From Alphaproteobacteria bacterium (GTDB taxonomy: Bacteria; Pseudomonadota; Alphaproteobacteria; Bin95), in NCBI GenBank assembly GCA_965205265.1, contig CBDBGH010000003.1, forward strand, positions 1,184,001-1,248,000: 64,000 bases of DNA. Reading direction: 5' to 3'. The notes below the pieces were generated by a model. It had not been told where the DNA came from. It made no database searches and saw only the letters and a program-made list of their open reading frames with translations. Of the stretch, positions 17,974 through 26,986 are shown piece after piece; the first letter of the stretch is position 1, and each line of letters starts with the position of its first letter. Made by a program: the position numbers and the translations under genes.

Positions 17974-19536
17974 ATGCTCTACTTCGCCAGGTGGAAGATC
18001 GTCGTCATCCTGGCGATTTGCGCGCTCGGGCTCGTCTATGCATCGCCGAATTTCTGGCGCTCGGACAATCTCGGCACGGACCTGCCGAGCTGGATTCCGC
18101 ACAAGACCGTCAATCTCGGCCTCGACCTCCAGGGCGGCGCGCACCTGCTGATCGAGGTGCAGACGAGCGCCGTGCTGAAGGAACGCCTGGAAGCGGTGGA
18201 GGACAATGTGCGCCGCAGCCTGCGCGATGCGCGCATCGGCTATCGCGGACTCGGCGTGCGCGACCGGGCCGTGGTGTTCACGCTCCGCGACGCCGGCGAT
18301 GTCGGACGCGCCCGGCAGCTCGTGGCCGAACGCGACGCTCTCGTGACCGTCGAGATCGACGAGTCCGGGGCCGCCCGGCTGGAATATCCCACGGAAGTGG
18401 TCGTCGATGTCGAGAGCGCGGCGGTCGAACAGACGCTCGAAATCCTGCGCATCCGGCTGAACGAGCTCGGCCTTCGCGAGCCGACGATCCAGCGCCACGG
18501 CCTGGACCGCATCATCGTGCAGCTTCCGGGTGTGGACGATCCGGACACGATCAAGGACCTGCTTACCCAGACGGCGAAGCTCACCTTCCATCTTCTCGAC
18601 CAGCGCAATGCGGACCCGACTGCGGCCGCCCCGCCCGGCGCGCGCTGGCACAAGGGCACGGACCCGCTCGGGCAGGTCACCGATTATCTCGTCGAAAAGC
18701 GGGTGCGGGTTTCCGGCGAGCGCCTTGTCGATGCCCAGCAGACCTTCCAGGACGGGCAGCCCGTGGTGAGCTTCCGCTTCGATTCGGTGGGCGCACGCCA
18801 GTTCGGCCGCACCACGGGCGAGCATGTCGGGCGGCCGCTGGCCATCGTGCTCGACAACGAGGTCATCAGCGCGCCCAGGATCAACGAGCCTATCCTGGGC
18901 GGCTCCGGCATCATTTCGGGATCGTTTTCGCTGACGGAAGCGCAGAACCTGGCGCTGCTGCTCCGCGCCGGCGCCTTGCCGGCGCCGCTGGTCTATCTGG
19001 AGGAGCGCACGGTCGGGCCCGGCCTCGGGCAGGACTCCATCGACGCCGGCAAGGCGGCGAGCATCATCGGCATGGTCGCCGTGCTGGTGTTCATGGTGGT
19101 GGTCTATGGCCTCTTCGGCCTCATGGCGAATGTCGCGCTGGTGTTCAACATGGCGCTCATTTTCGGCGCGCTGTCGCTGCTGCAGGCGACGCTCACCCTT
19201 CCCGGCATTGCCGGCATCGTGCTGACCATCGGCATGGCGGTGGACGCCAATGTGCTGATCTTCGAGCGTATCCGCGAGGAGGCGCGGGTCGGGCGCGGCG
19301 TGATCGGGGCCATCGACGCGGGCTACGACAGGGCGCTCAAGACGATCATCGACGCGAACCTGACCACCCTGATCGCCGCGGCGCTGCTCTTCTGGTTCGG
19401 CTCCGGGCCGGTCAAGGGGTTCGCGGTCACACTCGCCATCGGCATCATGACCTCCATGTTCACCGCCATCTGGGTCACGCGGCTGATGGTCGTCCTTTGG
19501 GTCCGCCGCCGGCGCCCGCAAATGTTGCCGATCTGA
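17974..19536 (+). CDS. secD: Protein translocase subunit SecD
   Basis: LGLDLQGG, LRAGALPA and GMAVDANVLIFERIREE motifs. Confidence 0.98.
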   Translation: MLYFARWKIVVILAICALGLVYASPNFWRSDNLGTDLPSWIPHKTVNLGLDLQGGAHLLIEVQTSAVLKERLEAVEDNVRRSLRDARIGYRGLGVRDRAVVFTLRDAGDVGRARQLVAERDALVTVEIDESGAARLEYPTEVVVDVESAAVEQTLEILRIRLNELGLREPTIQRHGLDRIIVQLPGVDDPDTIKDLLTQTAKLTFHLLDQRNADPTAAAPPGARWHKGTDPLGQVTDYLVEKRVRVSGERLVDAQQTFQDGQPVVSFRFDSVGARQFGRTTGEHVGRPLAIVLDNEVISAPRINEPILGGSGIISGSFSLTEAQNLALLLRAGALPAPLVYLEERTVGPGLGQDSIDAGKAASIIGMVAVLVFMVVVYGLFGLMANVALVFNMALIFGALSLLQATLTLPGIAGIVLTIGMAVDANVLIFERIREEARVGRGVIGAIDAGYDRALKTIIDANLTTLIAAALLFWFGSGPVKGFAVTLAIGIMTSMFTAIWVTRLMVVLWVRRRRPQMLPI

Positions 19537-19552
19537 GGGGCGAAGGGGCACG

Positions 19553-20503
19553 ATGCGACCGCTGCGGCTCATTCCACCCGACACCAATTTCCGCTTCATC
19601 GCGCTCAGAAAGCGCGCCTATGTCGTCTCGATCCTGTTGATCCTGGCCTCCGTGGCGTCGCTCGCGGTGCAGAGCCTGAATTTCGGCATCGACTTCGTCG
19701 GCGGCACGCTGATCGAGGTGCGCACGAAGGGCCCGGCCGATATTTCGGCAATGCGCCAGACGCTCTCCGCGCTCGACCGGGGCGAGGTCGGCCTGCAGGA
19801 GTTCGGCCAGCCGACCGACGTGTTGATCCGCATCCAGCAGCAGCCGGGCGGGGATGCCGCCCAGCAGGCCACGGTGGCCGCGGTGAAGGAGGCGCTCGGC
19901 GACAGTGTTGAGGAATACCGGCGGGTCGAGGTCGTCGGTCCCAAGGTCGGCGGCGAGCTGATCGAGGCGGGCGCGATCTCCGTTGCGCTCGCCCTGCTTG
20001 CGATCATGGCCTACATCTGGTTCCGCTTCGAATGGCAGTTCGGCGTGGGCGCGGTGCTGGCGCTCGCCCATGACGTCGTCACGACCGTGGGTGTCTTCTC
20101 CCTCCTGCAGCTGGAATTCAACCTCTCCACCGTGGCTGCGGTGCTGACCATTGCCGGCTATTCGATCAACGACACGGTGGTCGTCTTCGACCGGGTGCGC
20201 GAGAACCTGCGCCGCTACAAGACCCTGCCGATGACCGACCTGCTGAACAAGTCGGTCAACGAAACCCTGTCGCGCACGGTCATGACCTCCGCGACCACAC
20301 TGCTGGCGCTGTTTTCCCTCTTTTTCCTCGGCGGCGAGGTCATTCGCGATTTCGCCTTCGCGATGATCTGGGGCGTCATCATCGGCACCTATTCCTCGGT
20401 CTGGATTGCGTCGGCCACGCTGCTGTGGATGGGGGTGCGCCCGAGCGCGACGGACGACCTGCCCGACGACGCCGAAGTCGCCCGCACGCTCGGCGACCGA
20501 TGA
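19553..20503 (+). CDS. secF: Protein translocase subunit SecF
   Basis: GIDFVGG, VGPKVG and GYSINDTVVVFDRVRE motifs. Confidence 0.98.
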   Translation: MRPLRLIPPDTNFRFIALRKRAYVVSILLILASVASLAVQSLNFGIDFVGGTLIEVRTKGPADISAMRQTLSALDRGEVGLQEFGQPTDVLIRIQQQPGGDAAQQATVAAVKEALGDSVEEYRRVEVVGPKVGGELIEAGAISVALALLAIMAYIWFRFEWQFGVGAVLALAHDVVTTVGVFSLLQLEFNLSTVAAVLTIAGYSINDTVVVFDRVRENLRRYKTLPMTDLLNKSVNETLSRTVMTSATTLLALFSLFFLGGEVIRDFAFAMIWGVIIGTYSSVWIASATLLWMGVRPSATDDLPDDAEVARTLGDR

Positions 20504-20880
20504 CCGACATCAGCCCTGTCGTCCCGCAAGGCCGGCAGGTCGTCGAAAGCTACGGGAGCGGGCGCTTCCGCATTTCCGGCGCCGTGTGGACGGGGTCGGT
20601 GCTGCTCCGCCCCGACGCGGCCCTGTCCTGGTCCGTGGCCGACTTCCGGGACCTCACGCTGGAGAGCCTCATGCCGCTGACGGAGGGGGAGGACATCCCG
20701 GAAATTCTGCTGATCGGCTGCGGCAACCGGGCGGAGTTCCTGCCCCGTGCGCTGCGCGAGGCGATCCGGGCCGAGGGCATGGTCGCCGACGCCATGGATA
20801 CCGGCGCGGCCTGCCGCACCTACAATGTGCTGATGGCGGAAGACCGCCGCGTCGCCGCCGCGCTCATCGCCGTCGAATAG
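20500..20880 (+). CDS. Mth938-like (DUF498) protein
   Basis: MDTGAACRTYNVLMAEDRRVAAAL; usual neighbour of secF in alphaproteobacteria. Confidence 0.9.
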   Translation: MTDISPVVPQGRQVVESYGSGRFRISGAVWTGSVLLRPDAALSWSVADFRDLTLESLMPLTEGEDIPEILLIGCGNRAEFLPRALREAIRAEGMVADAMDTGAACRTYNVLMAEDRRVAAALIAVE

Positions 20881-20939
20881 CCCCGCCTTCCTCGCAAGCG
20901 GGAAGAGTATCGGGTGGGCAGTCCCGATATTGGTTGTTT

Positions 20940-21002
20940 GTTCATTTATTTTTGAAATAATTCATTTGAAGAGGACTGCTCTCGGAAAATCTGTGTTATT
21001 AT
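20940..21002 (+). promoter_or_regulatory. AT-rich promoter-like region with extended -10 (TG-n-TATTAT) upstream of long repeat copy A
   Basis: TG at 20994-20995 and TATTAT at 20997-21002, preceded by an AT tract in a GC-rich background. Confidence 0.5.
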
Positions 21003-21671
21003 GTGTGCAGGAGGAAGGAGGCGGCATTCGCGAGGCCGCTTCGTTTCGCCTTTCGCGCTGGCGCGAAAAGCCCCCGATTCGGCCAACAGGCGAAGTGCGC
21101 CCCGCGTCCGGCTCGCGCGCGCGGGCGCATCCGGGCAATCAGGCGCGCAAACCGCGCCGGCGCGAAACGCCCGCCCACGGGCGCGGGCGCCCGCGCAGGA
21201 TACGCGCGAATCAGGGTCCGCCGCTTCGGGGAACCGGGCGATGGAGGGAGTGGAACGAGGTGGAACAAAACGAGGTGAAGGAACGACATGCAGGATTGCG
21301 AAAACAGGGTTTCGGCGGAGCGGGCCTTTGCCCCCCTTTCGTCGTCCCCGCGAAGGCGGGGACCCGGCCTTGGCTCCCGATGCCGCCGCGGCCGATGGAG
21401 AGGAGACCGGGCTGCCGGGGCTGCCGCAAGAACCGGGGCTGGGTTCGGGGCCGGGGCGTCCCCCGCTTTCGCGAGGGCAGGCGGTTGGGGGCATGCAAGG
21501 CAACGCCACCGCACGGAGATGTTCGAATCCAGTAGCCCGCAGGCGGGGGAGGGAGGCAAGCTGCGGCTTCATGCCTGAACCGGCTACAGGATATGAACTC
21601 TCGGCATGCAAAACATGACATCGCATGACACACCGCAGGGGAGTCCGCCGGGCGCGCATGACGAAACATGA

Positions 21672-21919
21672 GGGGCTTATATGGATAGGTTGACAACAGG
21701 TTTGGGAGGCTTCGCACCTTCTCTCCGGCGTCCAACCCGCCCCCATATCGTCATACCCGGACTTGTTCCGGGTATCCATGCGGCCGTCCGGCGGCAGCGG
21801 TGGAGAGAGATACCCGGAACAAGTCCGGGTATGACGGAGGGGACGTGACGGAGGGGGCGTTGAGGTATGACGGAAGAAATGTCGTCGGTCTCCCCCGTCA
21901 ACCTATCTTTGTAATCTCC
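21672..21919. mobile_element. 248-bp MITE (IS1595/IS1016-like ends) with 8-bp TSD and an internal REP
   Basis: TIRs GGGGCTTATATGGATAGGTTGAC / GGAGATTACAAAGATAGGTTGAC (rc); AAACATGA duplicated at 21664-21671 and 21920-21927. Confidence 0.8.
21749..21836. repeat. REP-like palindromic element, copy 3 (inside the MITE)
   Basis: CGTCATACCCGGACTTGTTCCGGGTATCCA ... ATACCCGGAACAAGTCCGGGTATGACG. Confidence 0.85.
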
Positions 21920-21950
21920 AAACATGACATTTCGAGCGCCAGGCTAACTG

Positions 21951-22045
21951 GTGTGGGGGTAGCGGGTGAAAGTCCTGCGGAACGAAGGAGTAGCCGACCG
22001 CGTTCCTCCGCGAGCCGTGCATTGTCGGTCGTGAGGCCGGGCGGC
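21951..22045 (+). mobile_element. Probable 5' remnant (domain I start) of a bacterial group II intron
   Basis: GTGTG start, then GGGTGAAAGTCC...CGAAGGAGTAGCCGACC...CGAGCCGTGC...GTCGGTCGTGAGGCCG, recalled as typical group II intron 5' sequence; no RT ORF or domain V follows. Confidence 0.55.
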
Positions 22046-22140
22046 TGTCGGCGCGCAACACCGTCGGCGCGCGGCAAGTGGGCATGCGGGGCCGTCCGGG
22101 GTAAAGTCGGCCGGTGCGGCACGGATGCGGGGGGTCCTGC

Positions 22141-23367
22141 GTGACGGAACGACTGCCTTTCGAGGGCCTCAGGGTCATCGACTTCACGCATGTCATCGCG
22201 GGGCCGCTGGCGACCTTCCAGCTTGCGATGCTGGGCGCGGATGTCGTGAAGATCGAGCCGCCGGGGCGCGGCGACCAGTTGCGGCGCATGGGCGGCGAGC
22301 CGGACCGCGCGGAGGACGGGCTGGGCACCGCCTTCCTGGCCATCAACGCCGGCAAGCGCTCGCTGGCGCTGGACCTGAAGCGGCCGGAGGGGCGCGATGC
22401 GGCGTTGCGCCTGGTCGCCGGAGCCGATGTGGTGGCGGAGAACTTCCGTCCCGGCGTGATGGAACGGCTCGGCCTCGGGGCGGACGCGGTGCGGGAGACC
22501 AACCCGCGAGCGGTCTATTGCTCGCTCTCGGGCTATGGGCGCCACCCCGACTGGGCCTGGCGGCCGGCCTACGACCATATCGTGCAGGGCGTGGCGGGCG
22601 CGATGTGGACCCAGGGCGGCGAGGGCGACCCGCCGATCAAGATCGGCTTCCCGATGGCCGACACGGCGGCGGGCTACGCCGCCTTTACGGCGATCTGCGT
22701 GGCGCTGATCGAGCGGAATGCGACGGGCCGGGGCCGGCATGTCGATGTGTCGATGACCGCGGCGACGCTCGCCATGATGGCGACGCCCGTCCACAGCTTC
22801 CTCGGGACGGGGGCTCTGCCGGCGCGGATCGGCAACACGGCTTTCTCCGGCTCGCCGGCCTCGGGCACCTACGAGACGGCCGATGCGGCGGTTGTGCTGA
22901 CCGCGAATACCGGGGCGCAATTCCGGGGCCTCTGCGGGGCGCTTGGGCTGGAGGGGCTCGAGGCGGCGTCGGACCCGATCGCCTGGCGCGACCCGGCGGT
23001 GGACCTCTCCCATGTGCGGAGCGCCATCGCGGCCTGCCTGAAGCGGAAGGACGCCGCGCATTGGGAGCGGGTGCTGAACGAGGCGGGCGTGCCGACCGGC
23101 AAGGTGCGCACCGTGCCGGAGGCGCTGGCGGAGGCTTGCATTGCCGAACGCGGCTTCGTTTCGGCCATCCCGGACCCGGGGCGGCCGGGCGAGGACTTCA
23201 AGCTCCACGGCACGCCTTATGCCTTCGACGGCGAGACGCCGGCGCCTTCGGGCCCCGCACCGCATCTGGGCGAGCACTCGCGCGCCCTGCTCGCGGAGGC
23301 GGGACTCGGCGCAGAGGAGATCGACACGCTGTTCGCGGCGGGGATTGTGGAGGAGAGACGGGCATGA
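22141..23367 (+). CDS. CaiB/BaiF family III CoA transferase
   Basis: GLRVIDFTHVIAGP, GADVVKIE, NAGKRS, ENFRPG and PHLGEH motifs. Confidence 0.95.
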   Translation: MTERLPFEGLRVIDFTHVIAGPLATFQLAMLGADVVKIEPPGRGDQLRRMGGEPDRAEDGLGTAFLAINAGKRSLALDLKRPEGRDAALRLVAGADVVAENFRPGVMERLGLGADAVRETNPRAVYCSLSGYGRHPDWAWRPAYDHIVQGVAGAMWTQGGEGDPPIKIGFPMADTAAGYAAFTAICVALIERNATGRGRHVDVSMTAATLAMMATPVHSFLGTGALPARIGNTAFSGSPASGTYETADAAVVLTANTGAQFRGLCGALGLEGLEAASDPIAWRDPAVDLSHVRSAIAACLKRKDAAHWERVLNEAGVPTGKVRTVPEALAEACIAERGFVSAIPDPGRPGEDFKLHGTPYAFDGETPAPSGPAPHLGEHSRALLAEAGLGAEEIDTLFAAGIVEERRA

Positions 23368-24374
23368 CGCTCAGAAAGCCGCTCGACCATCCCAGCGTCT
23401 GGCGGCGCGGGGACATGGAGGGGCGCGACGACTGGATCAGGACCTTCTCCGACGCCGAGTTGGAGGAGATACGCGCCGCGCTGCCGCGCCGCTTCGGCGC
23501 GCCCGGTTTCGGCAGGGCGGACTTTCCCTTGCCGATGCTCGGCCCGCGCCTGAAGGACATGGTGGACGAGCTGGAGAACGGGCGCGGCTTTGTGATGATG
23601 CGCGGCCTCGACCGGCTGGAGCTCGACCCTGCGGGGTTGCGGGACGTCTATTGGGGCCTCGCCCAGCATATGGGGCGGACGATCTCCCAGAACTCAGCCG
23701 GAGCGCTCATCGGCGAGGTGTTCGACCGGGGTCTCGACTACGCCGACAACAATGTGCGCGGCCACACGACCAATGCCGAGATCGGCCCGCATTGCGACAC
23801 GGCCGATGTGGTGGGCCTGCTCTGCGTGCATCCGGCGGAGCAGGGCGGCGAAAGCCTGATCGCGTCCTCGGGCGCGATCTACAACGAAATCCTCGCGACC
23901 GCGCCGCATCTGGTCGATGCGCTGGCGGCGGGCTTCCGCATCGACCTCGCGGGCAAGGGGCCGACGGGCGCGGCCGATGAGGTGACGCGATCCCGCATCC
24001 CGGTGTTCTCCTGGTACGAGGGGCGGCTCTCCTGCCGGTTCAACCGCAAGCAGATCGAGGACGGGCAGCGCAAGCTCGGGCGGAGCCTGACGGACGAGGA
24101 GCGGGAGGCGGTGGAGACGGTGGAGCGCCTGGCGCTCGACCCGCGCTTCCGCCTCGACATGGACTTCCGGCCCGGCGACATCCAGTGGCTCAACAACCAC
24201 ACCATCCTGCACGGCCGGGCCGGATACCGGGACAGCGGCGACCCGGAGCGCCGCCGCCTGCTGCTCCGGCTCTGGATGAACATTCCGAACGGGCGGCCGC
24301 TGGCGCCCGCCTTCGCCGACCGTCTGAACACCGGACCGCGCGGCGGCGTCTATGCAAGGGAAGCGAGGGCGTAA
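23364..24374 (+). CDS. TauD/TfdA-family Fe(II)/2-oxoglutarate dioxygenase
   Basis: HCD (HxD), DVVGLLC, GDIQWLNNHTILHGR and RLLLRLW motifs. Confidence 0.88.
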   Translation: MTLRKPLDHPSVWRRGDMEGRDDWIRTFSDAELEEIRAALPRRFGAPGFGRADFPLPMLGPRLKDMVDELENGRGFVMMRGLDRLELDPAGLRDVYWGLAQHMGRTISQNSAGALIGEVFDRGLDYADNNVRGHTTNAEIGPHCDTADVVGLLCVHPAEQGGESLIASSGAIYNEILATAPHLVDALAAGFRIDLAGKGPTGAADEVTRSRIPVFSWYEGRLSCRFNRKQIEDGQRKLGRSLTDEEREAVETVERLALDPRFRLDMDFRPGDIQWLNNHTILHGRAGYRDSGDPERRRLLLRLWMNIPNGRPLAPAFADRLNTGPRGGVYAREARA

Positions 24375-24378
24375 GGCG

Positions 24379-25371
24379 GTGGCGCGCATCAGGACCCCGA
24401 TCTGCGAGCGGCTCGGGATCGAGCATCCGGTGTTCCAGGCAGGCATGGGCTGGGTCGCGCGCGCGGACCTCGCGGCGGCCGTTTCGGAGGCGGGCGGGCT
24501 CGGCGTCGTGGGCGCGGGCTCGACCATGGACGGCGAGCAGCTGCGCGCCGAGATCCGCCGGGTGCGGGAGCTGACCGACAAGCCCTTCGGTGTCGATATC
24601 CTGTTCGCGACCGTGCGCGCGGAGGGCGAGCAGGTCGCTCGTTACACCGACACGGTGCAGGGCATGGTCGAGGCCGTGCTGGAGGAGCGGGCGCCGGTGC
24701 TGGTCTCCGGCCTCGGCAGCCCGGCGGCGGTCGTGCCGGCGGCGCATGAGCGCGGCATTTACGTCATGTCGGTGGTGGGCGCGGTCCGCCATGCCAGGAA
24801 GGCGGTCGCGGACGGCGTGGACGCGGTGGTCGCGTCGGGCATGGACGGCGGCGGCCATGTCGGGCGCATCGGCACGGCGGCGCTCGTGCCGGCCGTGGTG
24901 GACGCGGTGGACGTGCCGGTGCTCGCCGGCGGCGGGCTTGCGGACGGGCGCGGCCTCGCGGCGGCGCTCGCCTTCGGCGCCCAGGGCGTTTGGATGGGCA
25001 CCCGATTCATCGCGACGGCCGAGAGCCGCAGCCATGACAACTACAAGCGCCGGATCGCGGAGACCGACGTGGCCGGAACAGTCGTGACGCGCGCCCATAG
25101 CGGCAAGCCCTGCCGGCTGATCGGCAACGGCTTCACCCGGAGCTGGGCCGGGCGCGAGGCGGAGATCAAGCCCTTCCCGCTCCAGGCGATGGAGGTCGGG
25201 CATCCGGCGTCCGAGCGCGGGCGGATCGAGGGCGACGTGGAGGCGGGCGTGCTGCCCGCCGGGCAGAGCTGCGGCATGATCGGCGATGTCATGCCTGCGG
25301 GCGAAGTGGTGAGGCGGGTCGTCGAGGAAGCGGCGCTCGCCATGGAGAGGATGCGGTCTTTCGGAGGGTGA
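24379..25371 (+). CDS. Nitronate monooxygenase / FabK-like flavoprotein
   Basis: HPVFQAGMG, AVSEAGGLG, GGGH, GGLADGRG and MGTRF motifs. Confidence 0.9.
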   Translation: MARIRTPICERLGIEHPVFQAGMGWVARADLAAAVSEAGGLGVVGAGSTMDGEQLRAEIRRVRELTDKPFGVDILFATVRAEGEQVARYTDTVQGMVEAVLEERAPVLVSGLGSPAAVVPAAHERGIYVMSVVGAVRHARKAVADGVDAVVASGMDGGGHVGRIGTAALVPAVVDAVDVPVLAGGGLADGRGLAAALAFGAQGVWMGTRFIATAESRSHDNYKRRIAETDVAGTVVTRAHSGKPCRLIGNGFTRSWAGREAEIKPFPLQAMEVGHPASERGRIEGDVEAGVLPAGQSCGMIGDVMPAGEVVRRVVEEAALAMERMRSFGG

Positions 25372-26159
25372 ACGAGACCATGCGAATGAAGGACAAATGC
25401 GGGATCGTGACGGCGGCCGGCTCCGGCATGGGGCGCGCCGGAGCGATCCGGTTTGCGCAGGAGGGCGCGGCCGTTGCGGTCGTGGATATCGACGCGGAGG
25501 CCGTCGCGGCGGCGGTCGGCGAGATCGAGGCGGCGGGCGGCCGCGCGGTCGGGATTCCGGCGGATCTCACCCAGGATGAGGACAGCCGGCGGATCGTGCG
25601 CGAGGCGGCGAACGCGCTCGGCGGCATCGACTTCGTCTGGAACCATGTCGGCCATCCCGGCCCGGCCTCGGTCGAAGGCATCGAGATGGAGGACTTCGAC
25701 ACGGCCGTCACGCTCAACATGCGCACCGTGCTCGTCACCACCGACGCGGCGATCCCGGAAATCCGGGCGCGGGGCGGCGGCGCGCTGCTCTACACCGCTT
25801 CGACCTCCGGCCTGCAGGGCTCGCAGTTCAGCCCGGTCTATTCGGCGGTGAAGCATGGCGTGGTCGGCTTTGTGAAGGCGCTCGGCAAGCGGCTCGCGAA
25901 GGAGAACATCCGCGTGAACGCCATCTGCCCCGGCCCCATCGACACGCCGATGCTGCGCGTCTTCGTGGCGCGGCCCGACCAGCAATCGACCCACGGCCTC
26001 GACAAGGAGCAGTTGATTGCGCGCCATGGCGGCGCGCTGCCGATGGGGCGGCCGGGCCGGCCGGAGGAGATCGCCAATGCGGCGCTCTTCCTCTTGTCCG
26101 ACGAAGCCTCCTTCATCACGGCAACCACGCTGGCGGTGGACGGCGGCTCGACCGCGTGA
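25368..26159 (+). CDS. Short-chain dehydrogenase/reductase
   Basis: TAAGSGMG, YSAVK and NAICPGPIDT motifs. Confidence 0.92.
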   Translation: MNETMRMKDKCGIVTAAGSGMGRAGAIRFAQEGAAVAVVDIDAEAVAAAVGEIEAAGGRAVGIPADLTQDEDSRRIVREAANALGGIDFVWNHVGHPGPASVEGIEMEDFDTAVTLNMRTVLVTTDAAIPEIRARGGGALLYTASTSGLQGSQFSPVYSAVKHGVVGFVKALGKRLAKENIRVNAICPGPIDTPMLRVFVARPDQQSTHGLDKEQLIARHGGALPMGRPGRPEEIANAALFLLSDEASFITATTLAVDGGSTA

Positions 26160-26216
26160 CGGTCTTCGGTCAATCGGAGCCCGGCCTCGCTTCGAGCGGT
26201 TGCCGGGAACGAAGTG

Positions 26217-26254
26217 TTGCGTTCAAAAATGCGCGCACTTATATTTTGCGAACG
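26217..26254 (+). promoter_or_regulatory. hicAB promoter with overlapping imperfect inverted-repeat operator
   Basis: TTGCGT-17 nt-TATATT; CGTTCAAAAAT ... ATTTTGCGAACG inverted repeat. Confidence 0.55.
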
Positions 26255-26289
26255 TCGGCTCCGGTTTCCACAAGGAGGCGGCAGACCTC

Positions 26290-26502
26290 ATGAACGGCCG
26301 GCAGTTCATTGCGAGGGCGCGCAAATGGGCAAGGAACCGGGGACTGGAAGTCCGCTTCGTCGCGTCGCACGGACCCGGTTCGCACGGAACGCTCTATATC
26401 GGAGAGCACAAGACGACCGTAAAGGACCGGAAGAAAGACATTGGCAAAGGATTGCTCGCCAAGATGCTCGCCGACTTGGGAATCGACAAGGAACATTTCT
26501 AG
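26290..26502 (+). CDS. hicA: HicA-family toxin
   Basis: 70-aa basic protein with GSH motif and KDIGKGLLAKMLADLGI; AAGGAGG RBS. Confidence 0.85.
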   Translation: MNGRQFIARARKWARNRGLEVRFVASHGPGSHGTLYIGEHKTTVKDRKKDIGKGLLAKMLADLGIDKEHF

Positions 26503-26537
26503 AGGCGGGATGCGTTCCAGCCCGGAGGACCGAGCCC

Positions 26538-26975
26538 ATGCCCGAAACCTATAACTATCCCGCCAGTATCGAAATCGATGAAGATGGCCGCTATGTCGCC
26601 AGTTTTCCCGATTTCGGCTGGGGCGCGACGGATGGCGCTACCCTGGAGGAAGCGTGGGCCGAAGCAGGAGATTTGCTGCGCGAACTGATGGCGGCTACGA
26701 TGCGGGAAAGCGAAGATTTGCCTAGACCGTCGCGCGCCAAAAGGGGACAACAAGTGATCGCCCCGCCGGTGCCGATTGCCCTCAAGGCGGCGCTTTACGA
26801 AGCGTTTCGCAAGTCCAACATGTCGCAACGCCGCCTTGCGCGCGAGCTCGATATTGCCGAAAGCGAGGTGCGCCGCATGCTGAATCCGGACCACGCCACC
26901 AAGGCGGCAACGATAGACCGTGCCTTGCTCCAACTGGGCAAGCGCGTGACCGTGATCGTCGGCGAAGCAGCCTGA
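26538..26975 (+). CDS. hicB: HicB-family antitoxin with C-terminal HTH
   Basis: YVASFPDF..GATDGATLEEA and C-terminal SQRRLARELD HTH. Confidence 0.88.
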   Translation: MPETYNYPASIEIDEDGRYVASFPDFGWGATDGATLEEAWAEAGDLLRELMAATMRESEDLPRPSRAKRGQQVIAPPVPIALKAALYEAFRKSNMSQRRLARELDIAESEVRRMLNPDHATKAATIDRALLQLGKRVTVIVGEAA

Positions 26976-26986
26976 TCTGAGCAGGA

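Larger units (their letters stand above)
21008..21930 (+). repeat. Long dispersed element, copy A (candidate structured ncRNA or non-autonomous element)
   Basis: 21008-21290 and 21545-21671 plus 21920-21930 align with the reverse complement of 39563-40277. Confidence 0.8.

Noticed and set aside
21250-21290. GAAC...GAAC repeats as a LexA box
   Set aside because: Spacing is N6 in both copies, not the N7 of the alphaproteobacterial consensus
21288-21578. ORFs starting at the conserved GGAACGACATG (21288-21578 and 39575-39997) as real paralogous proteins
   Set aside because: The sequences diverge right after the start, run through REP hairpins and share no recognisable similarity
21600-21930. 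CATGAC repeats as a CRISPR array
   Set aside because: Repeats are 6-10 bp with no unique spacers of regular length, and there are no cas genes
26243-26254. TTTGCGAACG shared between the hicAB operator and the region upstream of repeat copy B (about 40334-40343)
   Set aside because: A single 10-mer with no second half-site at 40334, so chance cannot be excluded
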